From positions 1-64,000 of IMG/VR virus record IMGVR_UViG_3300029999_000002: a DNA stretch of 64,000 nucleotides. One strand, given 5' to 3'. Positions 35,687-46,365 of the stretch are shown here, piece by piece; positions within the stretch are counted from its first letter, which is position 1; every line of letters begins with the position of its first letter. The notes under the pieces are model-generated. The model had not been told where the DNA came from and searched no databases. It saw nothing but the letters and a program-made list of their open reading frames with translations. Made by a program: the position numbers and the translations under genes. This DNA is from a virus.

Positions 35687-38587
35687 ATGAGCAAGGCACT
35701 TATGTCCGCTGCAATTGGCGCTGCGCTCATCGCAGGCGCAGCGGCTATCTTCATTGCTACGGGTGGCGTAGCAGCTGTCGCCGCCATCGGACTAGAAGCC
35801 ACCCTCGGAGCAACATCATCAGTAGTTGTCGGATTGGCTGTAGCTGGCATCTCGATGGAAGCAGCGTCGATTGCCAATGCTCTGACCACCAATCGTGGTA
35901 TGAATATCACCACGAGAGCAGCAGCAAGTTACAGACAAGTCATCTATGGGCAGCAGCGTGTTGGAGGCGTGACTATTTACCGCAGCACAACCGGCTCCCA
36001 TAAAGATCAGTACAATTATGTCATTGTTATAGCAGGGCATGAGATTGATAGCATTCAGAACCTATACCTGGATGGAAGACAAGTCTACTGGGATACGTCT
36101 TCGGTTGGTAACAGCACTCGCAACGGTGTGAACTTTGGCGGTAATGCTGATAGTAATAACCACGAGGGACCCAACGGAGTTCAATACAACTTCGGTTCTG
36201 GTAACGGTTATGCTGCTCAGGTCTTCTGTGACGCCTATTATGGCGACCAGGCTCCTAACACTGTTGACGGCCACCTCACAGCGAATGACCCTGTATGGGC
36301 ACCGGATGGTGCTGGTGGGTATCCCTGGGTCGCAGGCTGTGCCTATGTATACCTCAAGGTAGAGTCAAACGCCACCGAGTTCCCTGGTGAGCCTGAGATC
36401 AGATTCACGGTCAACGGTAAGAACAACATTCTTGATCCCCGCGAGCCGGCTGTTGATGGAATTCCCTACACTGGATTCACCTCTAACTGGGCGCTGATAG
36501 CAGCAGACATCATCACTGATCCCATCTTTGGTCTCGGTGATCCTACAGTAAATCAGGCTCAACTGATCGCAGCTGCAAATGTCTGCGATGAGCAGGTAGA
36601 TATTGCTATCGGTGGTACAGAAGCCCGATACCATATTGGACACCACTACGACACCTCAACGTCCCCAGGCGATGCCCTGAACTCAATCATGGCCTCGGCC
36701 GCTGGGCGCATTAGCCGTATTGGTGGTGAGTGGTACTTGTGGCCGGCTTATTGGCAGGGACCATCCTTCAGTTTCTCTGATACCAACTTCACGGGCGCTG
36801 TTGAGTGGAAGCCATATCGTAGCTATCGGGATCTCATCAATCGGGTGAACGGTACTTACACCGCTCCCAACTTCCCCTGGAATGTCACAGGCAATCTCTA
36901 TGATGCCAATGGCTTCTACAACGGGTTCACGCAGAATAACTTCGCGTTTGCCTTCCAGCCAACAAATTATCCCCAGTATGCGGCCGACGTGCTCCATGGG
37001 TACGCTTCGGATCAGTACCTGATAGCAGATGGCGGTAAACAGCTTCCACTTGAACTCACGCTGAACCCAGTGCTGTCAGTATCACAGGCGCAGAGAATTG
37101 CGAAAATCGCGCTACTGAGAAATAGGCAGCAGGGTATGGGAACCTTCCATCTCAATCTTGCTTGTTGGCAGATGCAGCCTGTTGACGTGTTCCTGTTTGA
37201 TTACGCTAACTACGGCTGGACGAGCAAGGTGCTTGAAGTTGGTTCTGTCAAATTCTCCATTTCTTCTGGATCAGATGAGTCGGCGCCCAGTGTGCGCGCC
37301 GAGTTTGAGGTTCACGAGACCGCCGAAACGGTTTATGAGTGGAGCACGGTTGAAGAGCTAACTGTCTATGACGTTGGTGCTACACCGACTCAGTATTCGG
37401 GCATTGTTGCACCGCCAACATCGCTCACAGCCGTGTCCTCAGCAGCAACCGCTCTTGTATCTCCAGATGGCAAGACAGTAACGCCTCGCATTGAGGTCAC
37501 CTGGGATACCCCGCTGGACACATATGTTTCGCAGATTCAGATTCAGTATCAGGTGGCTGAGACTACAGCTTGGCTGGATGGTGGCATCGTGTCCGTGGAG
37601 GCAAATCTCGCGTACATTGCCAACATCGTTGCTGGTCAACAGTACAACATTCAGATAGCTTCAGTCCGCGCCAATGGCAACACTTCAGCGTGGGTTGGTC
37701 CTGTGACAATCACTGCTGGCTTGGTTCTCTCAATTGAGACGGTAGCTGGCCTTGATCCTGGGTCTCTGGTTGGAGATGCTTATGATACGGGCTACGGAGC
37801 AGTAACCTGCAACCCGTTCACAGCACTGATTGGTCAAGTGTCTCTGCCAATCCTTCCTGGAGGCGCAGTCACTGTTTCCGTTGATGGAACAAGTGGACTC
37901 GCACCGCTAACACCTGTGTCGCAGCAGACCCTGTACTACGTGTACTACATTGACCTAACGTCGTCCGGTGGAAACATCACGCCAATCGTGACCACGAATC
38001 CAGTCGACTTCCTTGGAAAGCTTGGGTACTGGCTGATTGGAACAGTGACCACTCCCTATGCTGCTGTTACAGGTAGCGGTCCTGGTGGCAGCACTCCTGG
38101 GTCTTTGTATCAACCTTCAACCTCTACGAGTGTAGGAACCAGAACACCAACAAATCCCTCATGGGCATATGACGGTAACACGTCTACTTCTGCAGGGGTT
38201 GGTAGTAGTGCTACCAGTATTTATCGTCTTGGTTCTACAACTTCATCTTCATCATATGGGAATGTCACCTGGGGTGTATTCCCTAGCTATGTTGCTCCAT
38301 CAGGGGGAATGACGCTATCGATAAACCTGTCCTCAGTGGCGTCAGCAACTAACAACCCATTTGGTGCATGGACGTTGACAGCGGTTATCAATGGTGTTTC
38401 CTCAACGATAGCCTCTGGTACCAACACAACGCAACAGATATTTACGGCCGCAATCGCTGCTGGAGTGAATCTCAACACAATCTCAGTGACGTTGAATGTC
38501 GCGCCCGGTACTCCAGTTGCAAGCTCTGGAACAACAGTCGCAAGTGCGTCAACGAATGTATCTGTGTTCGAGATATATGCACAGTAA
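35687..38587 (+). CDS. central tail fibre / tip attachment protein (J-like, FN3 domain)
   Basis: RQVIYG..RVGG, AGHEID.I, AAANVCDE, AQRIAKI.L.R.R; Ser/Thr-rich C-terminal domain. Confidence 0.88.
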   Translation: MSKALMSAAIGAALIAGAAAIFIATGGVAAVAAIGLEATLGATSSVVVGLAVAGISMEAASIANALTTNRGMNITTRAAASYRQVIYGQQRVGGVTIYRSTTGSHKDQYNYVIVIAGHEIDSIQNLYLDGRQVYWDTSSVGNSTRNGVNFGGNADSNNHEGPNGVQYNFGSGNGYAAQVFCDAYYGDQAPNTVDGHLTANDPVWAPDGAGGYPWVAGCAYVYLKVESNATEFPGEPEIRFTVNGKNNILDPREPAVDGIPYTGFTSNWALIAADIITDPIFGLGDPTVNQAQLIAAANVCDEQVDIAIGGTEARYHIGHHYDTSTSPGDALNSIMASAAGRISRIGGEWYLWPAYWQGPSFSFSDTNFTGAVEWKPYRSYRDLINRVNGTYTAPNFPWNVTGNLYDANGFYNGFTQNNFAFAFQPTNYPQYAADVLHGYASDQYLIADGGKQLPLELTLNPVLSVSQAQRIAKIALLRNRQQGMGTFHLNLACWQMQPVDVFLFDYANYGWTSKVLEVGSVKFSISSGSDESAPSVRAEFEVHETAETVYEWSTVEELTVYDVGATPTQYSGIVAPPTSLTAVSSAATALVSPDGKTVTPRIEVTWDTPLDTYVSQIQIQYQVAETTAWLDGGIVSVEANLAYIANIVAGQQYNIQIASVRANGNTSAWVGPVTITAGLVLSIETVAGLDPGSLVGDAYDTGYGAVTCNPFTALIGQVSLPILPGGAVTVSVDGTSGLAPLTPVSQQTLYYVYYIDLTSSGGNITPIVTTNPVDFLGKLGYWLIGTVTTPYAAVTGSGPGGSTPGSLYQPSTSTSVGTRTPTNPSWAYDGNTSTSAGVGSSATSIYRLGSTTSSSSYGNVTWGVFPSYVAPSGGMTLSINLSSVASATNNPFGAWTLTAVINGVSSTIASGTNTTQQIFTAAIAAGVNLNTISVTLNVAPGTPVASSGTTVASASTNVSVFEIYAQ

Positions 38588-38611
38588 CCAGTAGTCCGCA
38601 AAGAGGAATTG

Positions 38612-39163
38612 ATGAACTATCTTCAGATAATCCAATATCTCTACCCTTCATCTGTCCAGGGTGCGGACTACTACTTCTCTCTCATGCTTGATGGTGTCAC
38701 TCCGATTCTCACGAATTGGAACACCACCAAGCTGGGAGTGCAGCCAACTGCTGCCACCCTGCAAGCAGCTTGGGCCGCAACGCAACTAAACTTGGCTCAG
38801 CAGCAGCAGCTTTTACTGTTGCAGTCCTGTGCAGCGGCAGCAATTACAAGCGGGTTCACATCCTCTGCGTTAGGCAGTCCGCACACATATCCATCACAGA
38901 CAACAGATCAGTTGAACTTGACTGCTTCAATAGTGGCTTCGATGATCCCAGCTGTAGAGACTGGCTATACCACTCTCTTCTACTGCGCTATCGGCAGCCC
39001 TCTCGTGTGGTCATTCACTTCACACACAGCAGCACAGATTCAGCAGGTTGGCATCGACGCCAAAGCGTGGATTCAATCTCAGCAAGCAATACATGCAACA
39101 CTCGCTGCCCAAGTAGCAGCAGCAACCACAGTCGCGACCGTCCAAGCAATTGTTTGGCAGTAG
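38612..39163 (+). CDS. tail fibre assembly-like protein (DUF4376-like)
   Basis: I.SGF.SSALG.PH.YPS...DQLNL, HTAAQIQQVG.D. Confidence 0.8.
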   Translation: MNYLQIIQYLYPSSVQGADYYFSLMLDGVTPILTNWNTTKLGVQPTAATLQAAWAATQLNLAQQQQLLLLQSCAAAAITSGFTSSALGSPHTYPSQTTDQLNLTASIVASMIPAVETGYTTLFYCAIGSPLVWSFTSHTAAQIQQVGIDAKAWIQSQQAIHATLAAQVAAATTVATVQAIVWQ

Positions 39164-39204
39164 TAGTTCAGGCCCTCTAACACAGCAATGCAGTCTGTTA
39201 CTGC

Positions 39205-39579
39205 GTGGGGAGAAACCATGTCATGGTCCCAGTAGATGTAGTTTTAGGAATAGCAGCCGCACTTGGTGGTATAGGAACATTCGTATTTGGTGGGGGTATG
39301 TTTCGCCAGATGTTTTCCCATAGCAACAAGATGGCAATTCAGTCGCACCGACAAGATCAGACTGAAGTGTTAGTCAAAGATAACAACAACTCCATTATCT
39401 CTCTTCAGATGACTGTGGCTTTGCAGAACCAAAACATGGAAGGCTTCCAGCGCCAGTTAATCAAGCTAGACCTTATTCCAGACATTAGCGCAAAGCTGAA
39501 CAGTTTTGGCCAAGTCATGGATGATGTCAAAGACCAACTCAGAGAGCTTCGCGAAGATCGCATTAGAGACAGAGAGTAA
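39205..39579 (+). CDS. holin-like or TM coiled-coil protein
   Basis: one N-terminal TM helix, coiled coil, charged C-terminus. Confidence 0.5.
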   Translation: MGRNHVMVPVDVVLGIAAALGGIGTFVFGGGMFRQMFSHSNKMAIQSHRQDQTEVLVKDNNNSIISLQMTVALQNQNMEGFQRQLIKLDLIPDISAKLNSFGQVMDDVKDQLRELREDRIRDRE

Positions 39580-39603
39580 GAGACAACACCGGAGATCCAC
39601 ATA

Positions 39604-40623
39604 ATGAGTTCTAACACTCGGACGGACCTCGCAACTCGCGAGTCCGTCATGGCAGAGGTGCGCGCCGGCATAAGCAACAGGCAGGTTGCCAGCAATCATG
39701 GAATTGATGAAGCAACCGTTCGTAGGATTCGCGCAGCATCTTTGCCGAAGCCTACCACGAATGTTGAGTACCTTGACAAGAAGATTGGTGGGTTCAACTG
39801 GCGTGATGCAATCGCTCCTATCCAGGAGATGCAGAAGCTCCACCGTGAAGCCTCTTGGTCCCAGCAGACTGCGACAATTCGTGTTGGCACTGGCCCTGGT
39901 CCCATTGGCATCCTTGTTTGGGGTGATCAGCATGTCGGCGCCAGAGGCACTGAGTATGACACGTTTGTCCAACTGACCGATCTCTTGCTTGAGACTCCAA
40001 ACTTGTACGCGATGCTAACGGGTGATGTTGCAGAGTGGGCAGTCAAGCTTCGAGGTGTTGCTGAAGTCTGCGCACAACTCCTTGATCCTTCTCTCCAGCT
40101 TCAGTTCATTGAGTCGTGGTTTGACGAGATCAAGCACAAGGTCATTGCCAGTACCTGGGGCAATCACACTGATGACAGATCAGAAGCCGGAATCGGTGTA
40201 TGTCCTCTCAAAAACATTATTGCCAAGCACGTTCCTTATTTCAGTGGCATCGGCCACATGGAATTGCTGGTTGGAGAGCAGTCATACAAGATTGCGTGCT
40301 CCCACAAGTTCTCTGGTGTGACAGCCCTTGACTCTACGGCGGGTGCGAAGAAATATCTAAGAATGGAAGCCCCAAGCTTTGATGCTGCCATTCAAGGGGA
40401 CTGTCATCGTGCTGGTGTCTCGATGTACAACGAAGGACCCAGCCACCGTATTGCTATTACCAATGGTACACACCATCTGCACAGCGGCTTCGCTGCACGT
40501 TATTTCTCTATCGCTACGAGTGACTGTATGCCTGTTCTAGCGTTGTGGCCAGATACGAAGCGCATGGTTGGCTTCTTCAATGTGGATCAGTTCACAGCAA
40601 CGATAGGTGGTAAGAGTGTCTAA
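39604..40623 (+). CDS. HTH plus calcineurin-like metallophosphoesterase
   Basis: N-terminal HTH (SNRQVA..HGI...TVRR); GDQHVG, GD, GNH, SH, GDCH motifs. Confidence 0.85.
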   Translation: MSSNTRTDLATRESVMAEVRAGISNRQVASNHGIDEATVRRIRAASLPKPTTNVEYLDKKIGGFNWRDAIAPIQEMQKLHREASWSQQTATIRVGTGPGPIGILVWGDQHVGARGTEYDTFVQLTDLLLETPNLYAMLTGDVAEWAVKLRGVAEVCAQLLDPSLQLQFIESWFDEIKHKVIASTWGNHTDDRSEAGIGVCPLKNIIAKHVPYFSGIGHMELLVGEQSYKIACSHKFSGVTALDSTAGAKKYLRMEAPSFDAAIQGDCHRAGVSMYNEGPSHRIAITNGTHHLHSGFAARYFSIATSDCMPVLALWPDTKRMVGFFNVDQFTATIGGKSV

Positions 40624-41236
40624 GTCATTAGTGATTGGGTTTAGTGGTTTGGCCCGGTCGGGAAAAGACTCTTGTGTTGATCACTTGGTCAGCAAATATA
40701 AGAGCAGCAAAATTCTAAAGACCTCATTTGCGAAAAAATTACGCAGTGAAGTTCACAAAGCTATGCACGCGGTAATGGAAGAGCAAACCTGCTCCGAGCG
40801 TGAAGGTCTTAGAGTGCTCTGTGAGCGTGAAGGTGTTGAGTATGAACCCTTCGCTTGCAGAGACACGATGGACCCTTTTGGCAAGCAACGTTATCTCCTT
40901 CAAGCCTGGGGAATGAAGCGAAGAAATGAACATGCTGATTATTGGGTTGAGAAAGTAGAAGAAGAGATTGCTTCTAGGCAGCCTGATTTCGTGCTCATTT
41001 CTGATCTCCGTTTCGAGAACGAGGCTGCCTACATAGCCAGCGTTGAAGGAAAGACTGTAAGGGTAAATCGTCCCAATAGTGGGCTTACTGGACAGGCAGC
41101 AACTCATGTGTCCGAGCACGCGCTTGCACACTATGCATTTGATTACGAGATTGCTAACACGGGCACAATCAAGCATCTTCACCAGCGAGTGGAGCAGGTG
41201 TTCGGGGCAATTCAGCAAACGAGGTTCAAATGGTAA
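40607..41236 (+). CDS. deoxynucleoside monophosphate kinase
   Basis: GLARSGKD P-loop, SFA..L, R.LLQ.WG, ISDLRF.NE, H.SE. Confidence 0.9.
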   Translation: MVRVSKSLVIGFSGLARSGKDSCVDHLVSKYKSSKILKTSFAKKLRSEVHKAMHAVMEEQTCSEREGLRVLCEREGVEYEPFACRDTMDPFGKQRYLLQAWGMKRRNEHADYWVEKVEEEIASRQPDFVLISDLRFENEAAYIASVEGKTVRVNRPNSGLTGQAATHVSEHALAHYAFDYEIANTGTIKHLHQRVEQVFGAIQQTRFKW

Positions 41237-41487
41237 TAGAGACAGCCCTAGCCGCCTTGGTTGGCGTCTTCGCTGCACAGTCCCTGAACGCAGCAGTGTC
41301 TGCAATGTCCAAGCCGAAGCGGGACGACGGAGCTTATGCCTACTGGTTTAAGTTTTTGCATGCCGAGGCATCCATAGTTACTTCTCTGATCGAGAAGAAG
41401 GTAGATGGACTTGATGTGCAGACAAACACGTTCGTAAAAACTGAGACCGCGATTACACCGGCCTCCTCAACAGACCCAAAAAGCTAA
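41230..41487 (+). CDS. small membrane protein, possible holin
   Basis: hydrophobic N-terminus; A.SAM..P.....Y.YWF.F.H. Confidence 0.5.
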   Translation: MVIETALAALVGVFAAQSLNAAVSAMSKPKRDDGAYAYWFKFLHAEASIVTSLIEKKVDGLDVQTNTFVKTETAITPASSTDPKS

Positions 41488-41501
41488 CAAGGAGTAACAC
41501 T

Positions 41502-41915
41502 ATGAGTTTGATCACTGATTTGAAGTCGTTCGCATCGAAGGTAGAAGTTGCTTTCAAGAAGCTCTTCGGTGATGCGCCCGAGTGGATCACTATTGCACAG
41601 GGTGTGCTCACCTACCTGGGACCGGTCGTTGTCACGATCCTGACCATTGGTGGTGGCGTGGCTCTGGGCACGGAAGCGAACACCATCATCGCTGGTATCA
41701 AGTCCGATCTGGCTACTGCCATGGCAACTGTGACTACGGTCAACGCTGCTTCCAGCCTGCCTGCATTGCTGACTGGTATTCAGGCTCAGTTGCCTGCGCT
41801 CTTGGCTGCGGTCAAGGTCAGCAACCCGACGAAGGCTGCTGAGATCGAGAACTACACGAGCATCATCTCGACGGAGCTCACGGCTGTTGTCAATGCCATT
41901 CCTTCTGTTGCCTAA
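41502..41915 (+). CDS. hypothetical amphipathic / membrane protein
   Basis: 137 aa, AGGAG RBS. Confidence 0.7.
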   Translation: MSLITDLKSFASKVEVAFKKLFGDAPEWITIAQGVLTYLGPVVVTILTIGGGVALGTEANTIIAGIKSDLATAMATVTTVNAASSLPALLTGIQAQLPALLAAVKVSNPTKAAEIENYTSIISTELTAVVNAIPSVA

Positions 41916-41937
41916 GAACTATCCAAGTAATTCCTCA

Positions 41938-41961
41938 GGGGCGCGCTAGTACAGGCGCCCC
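41938..41961. repeat. hairpin B1
   Basis: GGGGCGC-GCTAGTACAG-GCGCCCC; homologous to 46302 and 49626. Confidence 0.8.
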
Positions 41962-41988
41962 GACATTTTGTAACAGATAAGGACCCTC

Positions 41989-44900
41989 ATGAACCGTTTG
42001 TTTAAAGCAGTTCTCGCCCTCGTGTGTCTGTTTGGCCTGGGCCAAATGGCGAGTGCGCAGACCACCACCGTCACGGCTGCACATTTGAAAATGGGTGGCT
42101 ACCTTATTTCTACAGGACAGGTTGACATTACACCTGTTAATTTGCAGGGTGTTCCCATTGCTTTCGCTGATGCCACTGGTGCCCAGAACGGACCCACGGC
42201 GTATTCTTGCCAAGTTGTAGCCGGCGTGATCACTGGCGCCATCGGTGAAACCGGAACTGTTAGCGGAACCTGCGTCGTACCCGATGCGTCCCTCACGACT
42301 CCTGCCAACATCCTGTACCAGATTCAGGTTCTGGATCAGTCCACTGGGCAGCGCACCTCTGGCTTGGCTTACACCATGCAGGCTGTTGTAGGTGTCACAG
42401 GCTCTACCTGGGCTCTGGATCACTATGGTCCCCCGGCTCAGACTTCTGCTGTAAGCTCGCTTCAGGCTACTCAGGGCTCTACCTTGCCCACGTCCTGCGT
42501 CTCGCCCTCGGTGTTTACCTACTACAACACAGGTGGTTCATTTCTTGGCTTCTATACCTGCGTGGGTGGCGTTGAAGTTGCCATCACTACAGGCAGCACA
42601 GGTCCAACTGGTCCTGCTGGACCTACAGGTCCCGCTGGTACGGCTGGTGCAACGGGTCCCACGGGAGCAACAGGTCCAACTGGCCCAACTGGATCAACGG
42701 GTGCCACTGGTCCTACAGGCTCAACCGGCTCCGCTGGCGCTGCTGCCACCATCGCTGTTGGCACTGTGACCGCGCTGTCTCCTGGTGCAACGCCTACCGT
42801 TGTCAATGCAGGCACATCGAGTGCGGCCACTTTCAACTTTGGTATCCCTAGCACTTCTAGCTTGACTCTGGCCAACATTGGGGCAGGGGCAGCAGGCGCT
42901 GGTCTGTTTGACTTCTCCGCTGCGACCGCGCTGAAGGTTCCTATTCATGCAGGTGCAACAGCTGCCGCTGCTGGTGAGTTGATCTATGACTCGACCAACG
43001 GCAACCTACACACGAATGTTGTTGGCACTGATTTGATCCTTGCTGGATTCCCTTCTGCGTCCCTGCCTACAACCGGCCATTGCGCTCAGTTCACTGAAAT
43101 TGGCGCCTGGTGGGAGATCACGGATGCTGGGGCGGCTTGCGGTAGTGGCTCTGGTGGTGCGCCCTATCCGTCTGGTTCTGGTATTCCAGTTGTCGCTGGT
43201 GGTGCATCGTGGGGAACCACCGTAGCTGCCCCCGCTGGAGCCATCGTTGGTACCACTGATACCCAGATGCTGACCAACAAGACGGTCGATGGTGTAACTC
43301 CTGCGACCTTGGCGTTCATGGATGCCACGAGCAGCGTTCAGACTCAATTGAATGCGCGCACGTCTAGCACAAAGGCTAAGTATGTATCTACCGTCACCGG
43401 TGTAACATCATACCCGTACACAAATTGTGCACCTGGAGCTTCAGCAACTGGGTTGACAGACAGTTGGTCTGTGATAAACGCTTATGCTGCCACTGCTGGC
43501 CAGCGATTGGAGTTTGACGGCTGTTTTGCGTTGAGCCAAGCACTAACTCCCAACTCTTCCACCACCCTCCATGGCGCATTTGGTGGCGCGGGCGTCATTA
43601 TGCTCACGGGTGCCAACACTCCAGCCATCCAGAACCTCCATCAGGCCGGACCCACCACCGCCAGCGGCACGGGAGGGTATGCCGTTTCTAACATCACGGA
43701 CACCAACATCAGCGTGTCTGACATGATGATCAACTGCAACTCAACGCAATCCGTCACCGGCAGCGGCAACGGCCAGAGCGTAGCACACACTACCAACAGT
43801 TCAAACGTGTGGATCTTCTGTGAACAGTACCTTGGCGTTAGCGGTCTGTTCCACGATCACAACTACGTCTACGACGCAGGCACATATAGTGTCATGTACT
43901 CCAACGTGGAGCATGCTTGGTTTGGTCATGACCAATTGATCCAACCCACACCGTTGGTGCTGAAAAAGAACACGGACGGACTGCATTGCACCGGGCCATG
44001 CACGGACATTCACATCAGTGATGAGCGGATTCTAGCTGGCGACGACGCTATGGCCATCAACTGTAATGACGGCAACCAAACAGACCCCGGAGCCTACCCG
44101 ACCGGCTTCAAGTTCGGCCCGTGCCTGGGCTTCTATATCAACAACGTCAACATAGACGGTAGCTTGTCCGGCCCGCTCATCTATAGCAGCACTGAGCTAG
44201 CAGACGACATCCACATGAATAACATCGGCGGGACAGTCCTCGGTAACGGTCTAGAGATTGCACCGTTCACCACCGGCCCGGGTAACGTTGGCAGTGTCTA
44301 TATCAGCGGCTACAGTTCGCAGTCCAACGGTTCACAGAACCCTTGGTCGCAACCGTATCCCTTCCTCATCACGGCCAACTACAAGCTTATCGAGCTTGGC
44401 ATCCAGTACAAGAACCCCGCAGCCGCCGTTGCGACGTGGCCGATTCTTACCCATAACGTCGCGACCCCGGGCATCCTGTCGTTGCGGAACTGGGACGTGA
44501 ACACCTCCACCACGACCCTAACCGTCCCTTTGATTGACATAACGGGTGGAGGCGCTCCGCAGGTCTCTATCAGTGGCCTGAACTGGCAGGATGTCATCAC
44601 GGGCGGGACCGCTACCGTGTTCGGCGGCTCGACCGTACCGGCCACGCTCAACTGCTCCAACTACAACGGTCCGAACCGTCTGCTCGCGTCTGGGTTCGCT
44701 CCAGCCCAGCAAAACGGCGACTGCTTCACCAACACCTATCCCTCTACCCACACCATCGGTTTGATTCCCGCGATGACGGGTGGAAACACCACGATAGCTG
44801 CAGACCAGGTAACCCTTTTGGGAACTCCCTTCCCGGTGTCGGGAACACTGTCCTCGATTAGCTTCCAATATGGAGCTGCACCCGGCAGCACTACTCCCAT

Positions 44901-45204
44901 AACGATAGCAATCTTCAGCGGTACGCTGCCTAACCTAACCGTTGTCAACAGCTTCACCGTCACTCCAGCAAATGTAGCGACAGTGCAAACGATGACAGGT
45001 GGCGGTGTCAACTTCCCAACGACAGCTATCACAGCAGGGGAGTATATCGGATACTGGGGAACAACCGTAACGCCAGGCTTCGGTGTGGCTTCGGGGTATA
45101 ACATCTACTACTCACCGTCACACACAACCCTGCCCACCGGCTCGGTCGCGTATACGCTGCTAGGCGGGGATGCGATTGCTTTGACTGCAACCACAACTCC
45201 CTAA
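41989..45204 (+). CDS. fibre/adhesin-like protein with signal peptide, collagen GXY repeat and beta-helix glycosidase-like domain
   Basis: [23 protein letters not shown]; (GPT/GAT)n repeat; NTDG.H...GDD..A resembles GH28/pectin-lyase active-site motifs. Confidence 0.75.
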   Translation: MNRLFKAVLALVCLFGLGQMASAQTTTVTAAHLKMGGYLISTGQVDITPVNLQGVPIAFADATGAQNGPTAYSCQVVAGVITGAIGETGTVSGTCVVPDASLTTPANILYQIQVLDQSTGQRTSGLAYTMQAVVGVTGSTWALDHYGPPAQTSAVSSLQATQGSTLPTSCVSPSVFTYYNTGGSFLGFYTCVGGVEVAITTGSTGPTGPAGPTGPAGTAGATGPTGATGPTGPTGSTGATGPTGSTGSAGAAATIAVGTVTALSPGATPTVVNAGTSSAATFNFGIPSTSSLTLANIGAGAAGAGLFDFSAATALKVPIHAGATAAAAGELIYDSTNGNLHTNVVGTDLILAGFPSASLPTTGHCAQFTEIGAWWEITDAGAACGSGSGGAPYPSGSGIPVVAGGASWGTTVAAPAGAIVGTTDTQMLTNKTVDGVTPATLAFMDATSSVQTQLNARTSSTKAKYVSTVTGVTSYPYTNCAPGASATGLTDSWSVINAYAATAGQRLEFDGCFALSQALTPNSSTTLHGAFGGAGVIMLTGANTPAIQNLHQAGPTTASGTGGYAVSNITDTNISVSDMMINCNSTQSVTGSGNGQSVAHTTNSSNVWIFCEQYLGVSGLFHDHNYVYDAGTYSVMYSNVEHAWFGHDQLIQPTPLVLKKNTDGLHCTGPCTDIHISDERILAGDDAMAINCNDGNQTDPGAYPTGFKFGPCLGFYINNVNIDGSLSGPLIYSSTELADDIHMNNIGGTVLGNGLEIAPFTTGPGNVGSVYISGYSSQSNGSQNPWSQPYPFLITANYKLIELGIQYKNPAAAVATWPILTHNVATPGILSLRNWDVNTSTTTLTVPLIDITGGGAPQVSISGLNWQDVITGGTATVFGGSTVPATLNCSNYNGPNRLLASGFAPAQQNGDCFTNTYPSTHTIGLIPAMTGGNTTIAADQVTLLGTPFPVSGTLSSISFQYGAAPGSTTPITIAIFSGTLPNLTVVNSFTVTPANVATVQTMTGGGVNFPTTAITAGEYIGYWGTTVTPGFGVASGYNIYYSPSHTTLPTGSVAYTLLGGDAIALTATTTP

Positions 45205-46241
45205 GAGCTATACCAAACCGCAGTACGTTCAATGGACTCAGCCAGAGAATAATGCTGGCTGAGTCCAAGTTCGTGTTGCACCCGCTGCGTTGCTGGAACA
45301 TAGCGCGTGGGTGCAACACCTTCCTTTGGATGTTGAGCAATGCTGATTGGCAAAGAGGGGTTGAGGGTGTCTGCTGTAAGGCGTGCCAACTCAGCGATGC
45401 TGATTGCCTCATCTGAACCCACGTTGAATGGGCGAAGAGTAGGAGCTTTGAAAAGAATAGTCCACAACCAAACTGCGAGATCAGCCGCGTAGAGATATGA
45501 ACGTAATGGTGTGCCATCCCCACCGATCTGAATTGGTGATCCTTTGATAGCATCTCGAATGAAGTTTCCAACAGCAAAGTTGCTGTCAAGAGGCAGATTG
45601 GGACCTACGAAGGCAAAGCAGCGCGCAATCTTGAACTCAATAGATGATTGCTTTGCGTACAGTGCGCACATCAGTTCTGATGCCCTTTTCCCTTCACCAT
45701 AAGCAGAATTTGGGGAAAGCACATCCGGCGCACCGAGGAATTCTTCTGAAACGTTGCTGAGATCAGTTGGTTGTACACCATAGACAGCACCCGAGCTAGT
45801 GAGAAGAAACTTCTTAGTTGCATGGGTGGCTGCAAACTCTAACATATGTGCAGTGCCCTCTGTGATAGCAGTGTATCGCTCAATAGGATTGCTATTTTTA
45901 GTGATTGTAGAAACCTCTGTTGCAGCGTGGATAACAAATTCAAATTCACCTGGAGGTATCTGGAACGACCTTATATCTCCAGAGACCATAGTTACGGATG
46001 GATCACTAGCAAGATGAGGTGATTGTGTTCTAAAACGTTCTGGGTAACGTGTGAGTACAGATACCTCAGCGTGTAAAGTCAACTTTTTGTTGATATGCAG
46101 GAATGTTGAGAGTAGCCATGTGCCGAAGAATCCAGTACCACCTGTGATGAAGAGTCTCTTATTCCTAAGCTCATCCCACAGTGGGCGGGTCTGCTCAAGC
46201 ACAAAGTTTAGGTCATCAGTTGCAAAGGGCTTGTTAGTCAT
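45201..46241 (-). CDS. NAD-dependent nucleotide-sugar epimerase/dehydratase (moron)
   Basis: [24 protein letters not shown] (YxxxK), [11 protein letters not shown]. Confidence 0.92.
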   Translation of the reverse strand: MTNKPFATDDLNFVLEQTRPLWDELRNKRLFITGGTGFFGTWLLSTFLHINKKLTLHAEVSVLTRYPERFRTQSPHLASDPSVTMVSGDIRSFQIPPGEFEFVIHAATEVSTITKNSNPIERYTAITEGTAHMLEFAATHATKKFLLTSSGAVYGVQPTDLSNVSEEFLGAPDVLSPNSAYGEGKRASELMCALYAKQSSIEFKIARCFAFVGPNLPLDSNFAVGNFIRDAIKGSPIQIGGDGTPLRSYLYAADLAVWLWTILFKAPTLRPFNVGSDEAISIAELARLTADTLNPSLPISIAQHPKEGVAPTRYVPATQRVQHELGLSQHYSLAESIERTAVWYSS

Positions 46242-46261
46242 AGTTATTCCTCACTGCGCCC

Positions 46262-46290
46262 ACCATACAGCATTAGAAACAATTTGTCAC
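46262..46290 (-). promoter_or_regulatory. promoter of the epimerase moron
   Basis: GTGACA, 17 nt, TATGGT. Confidence 0.55.
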
Positions 46291-46301
46291 AACCTGAACC
46301 C

Positions 46302-46340
46302 AAGAGGGACGTGCTTGTATAGGCGTCCCTCTTTTCTTGT
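46302..46340 (+). terminator. hairpin B2, terminator-like
   Basis: AAGAGGGACG-TGCTTGTATAGG-CGTCCCTCTTTTCTTGT. Confidence 0.75.
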
Positions 46341-46365
46341 ATGACACCAGATAAGGACACAACTC

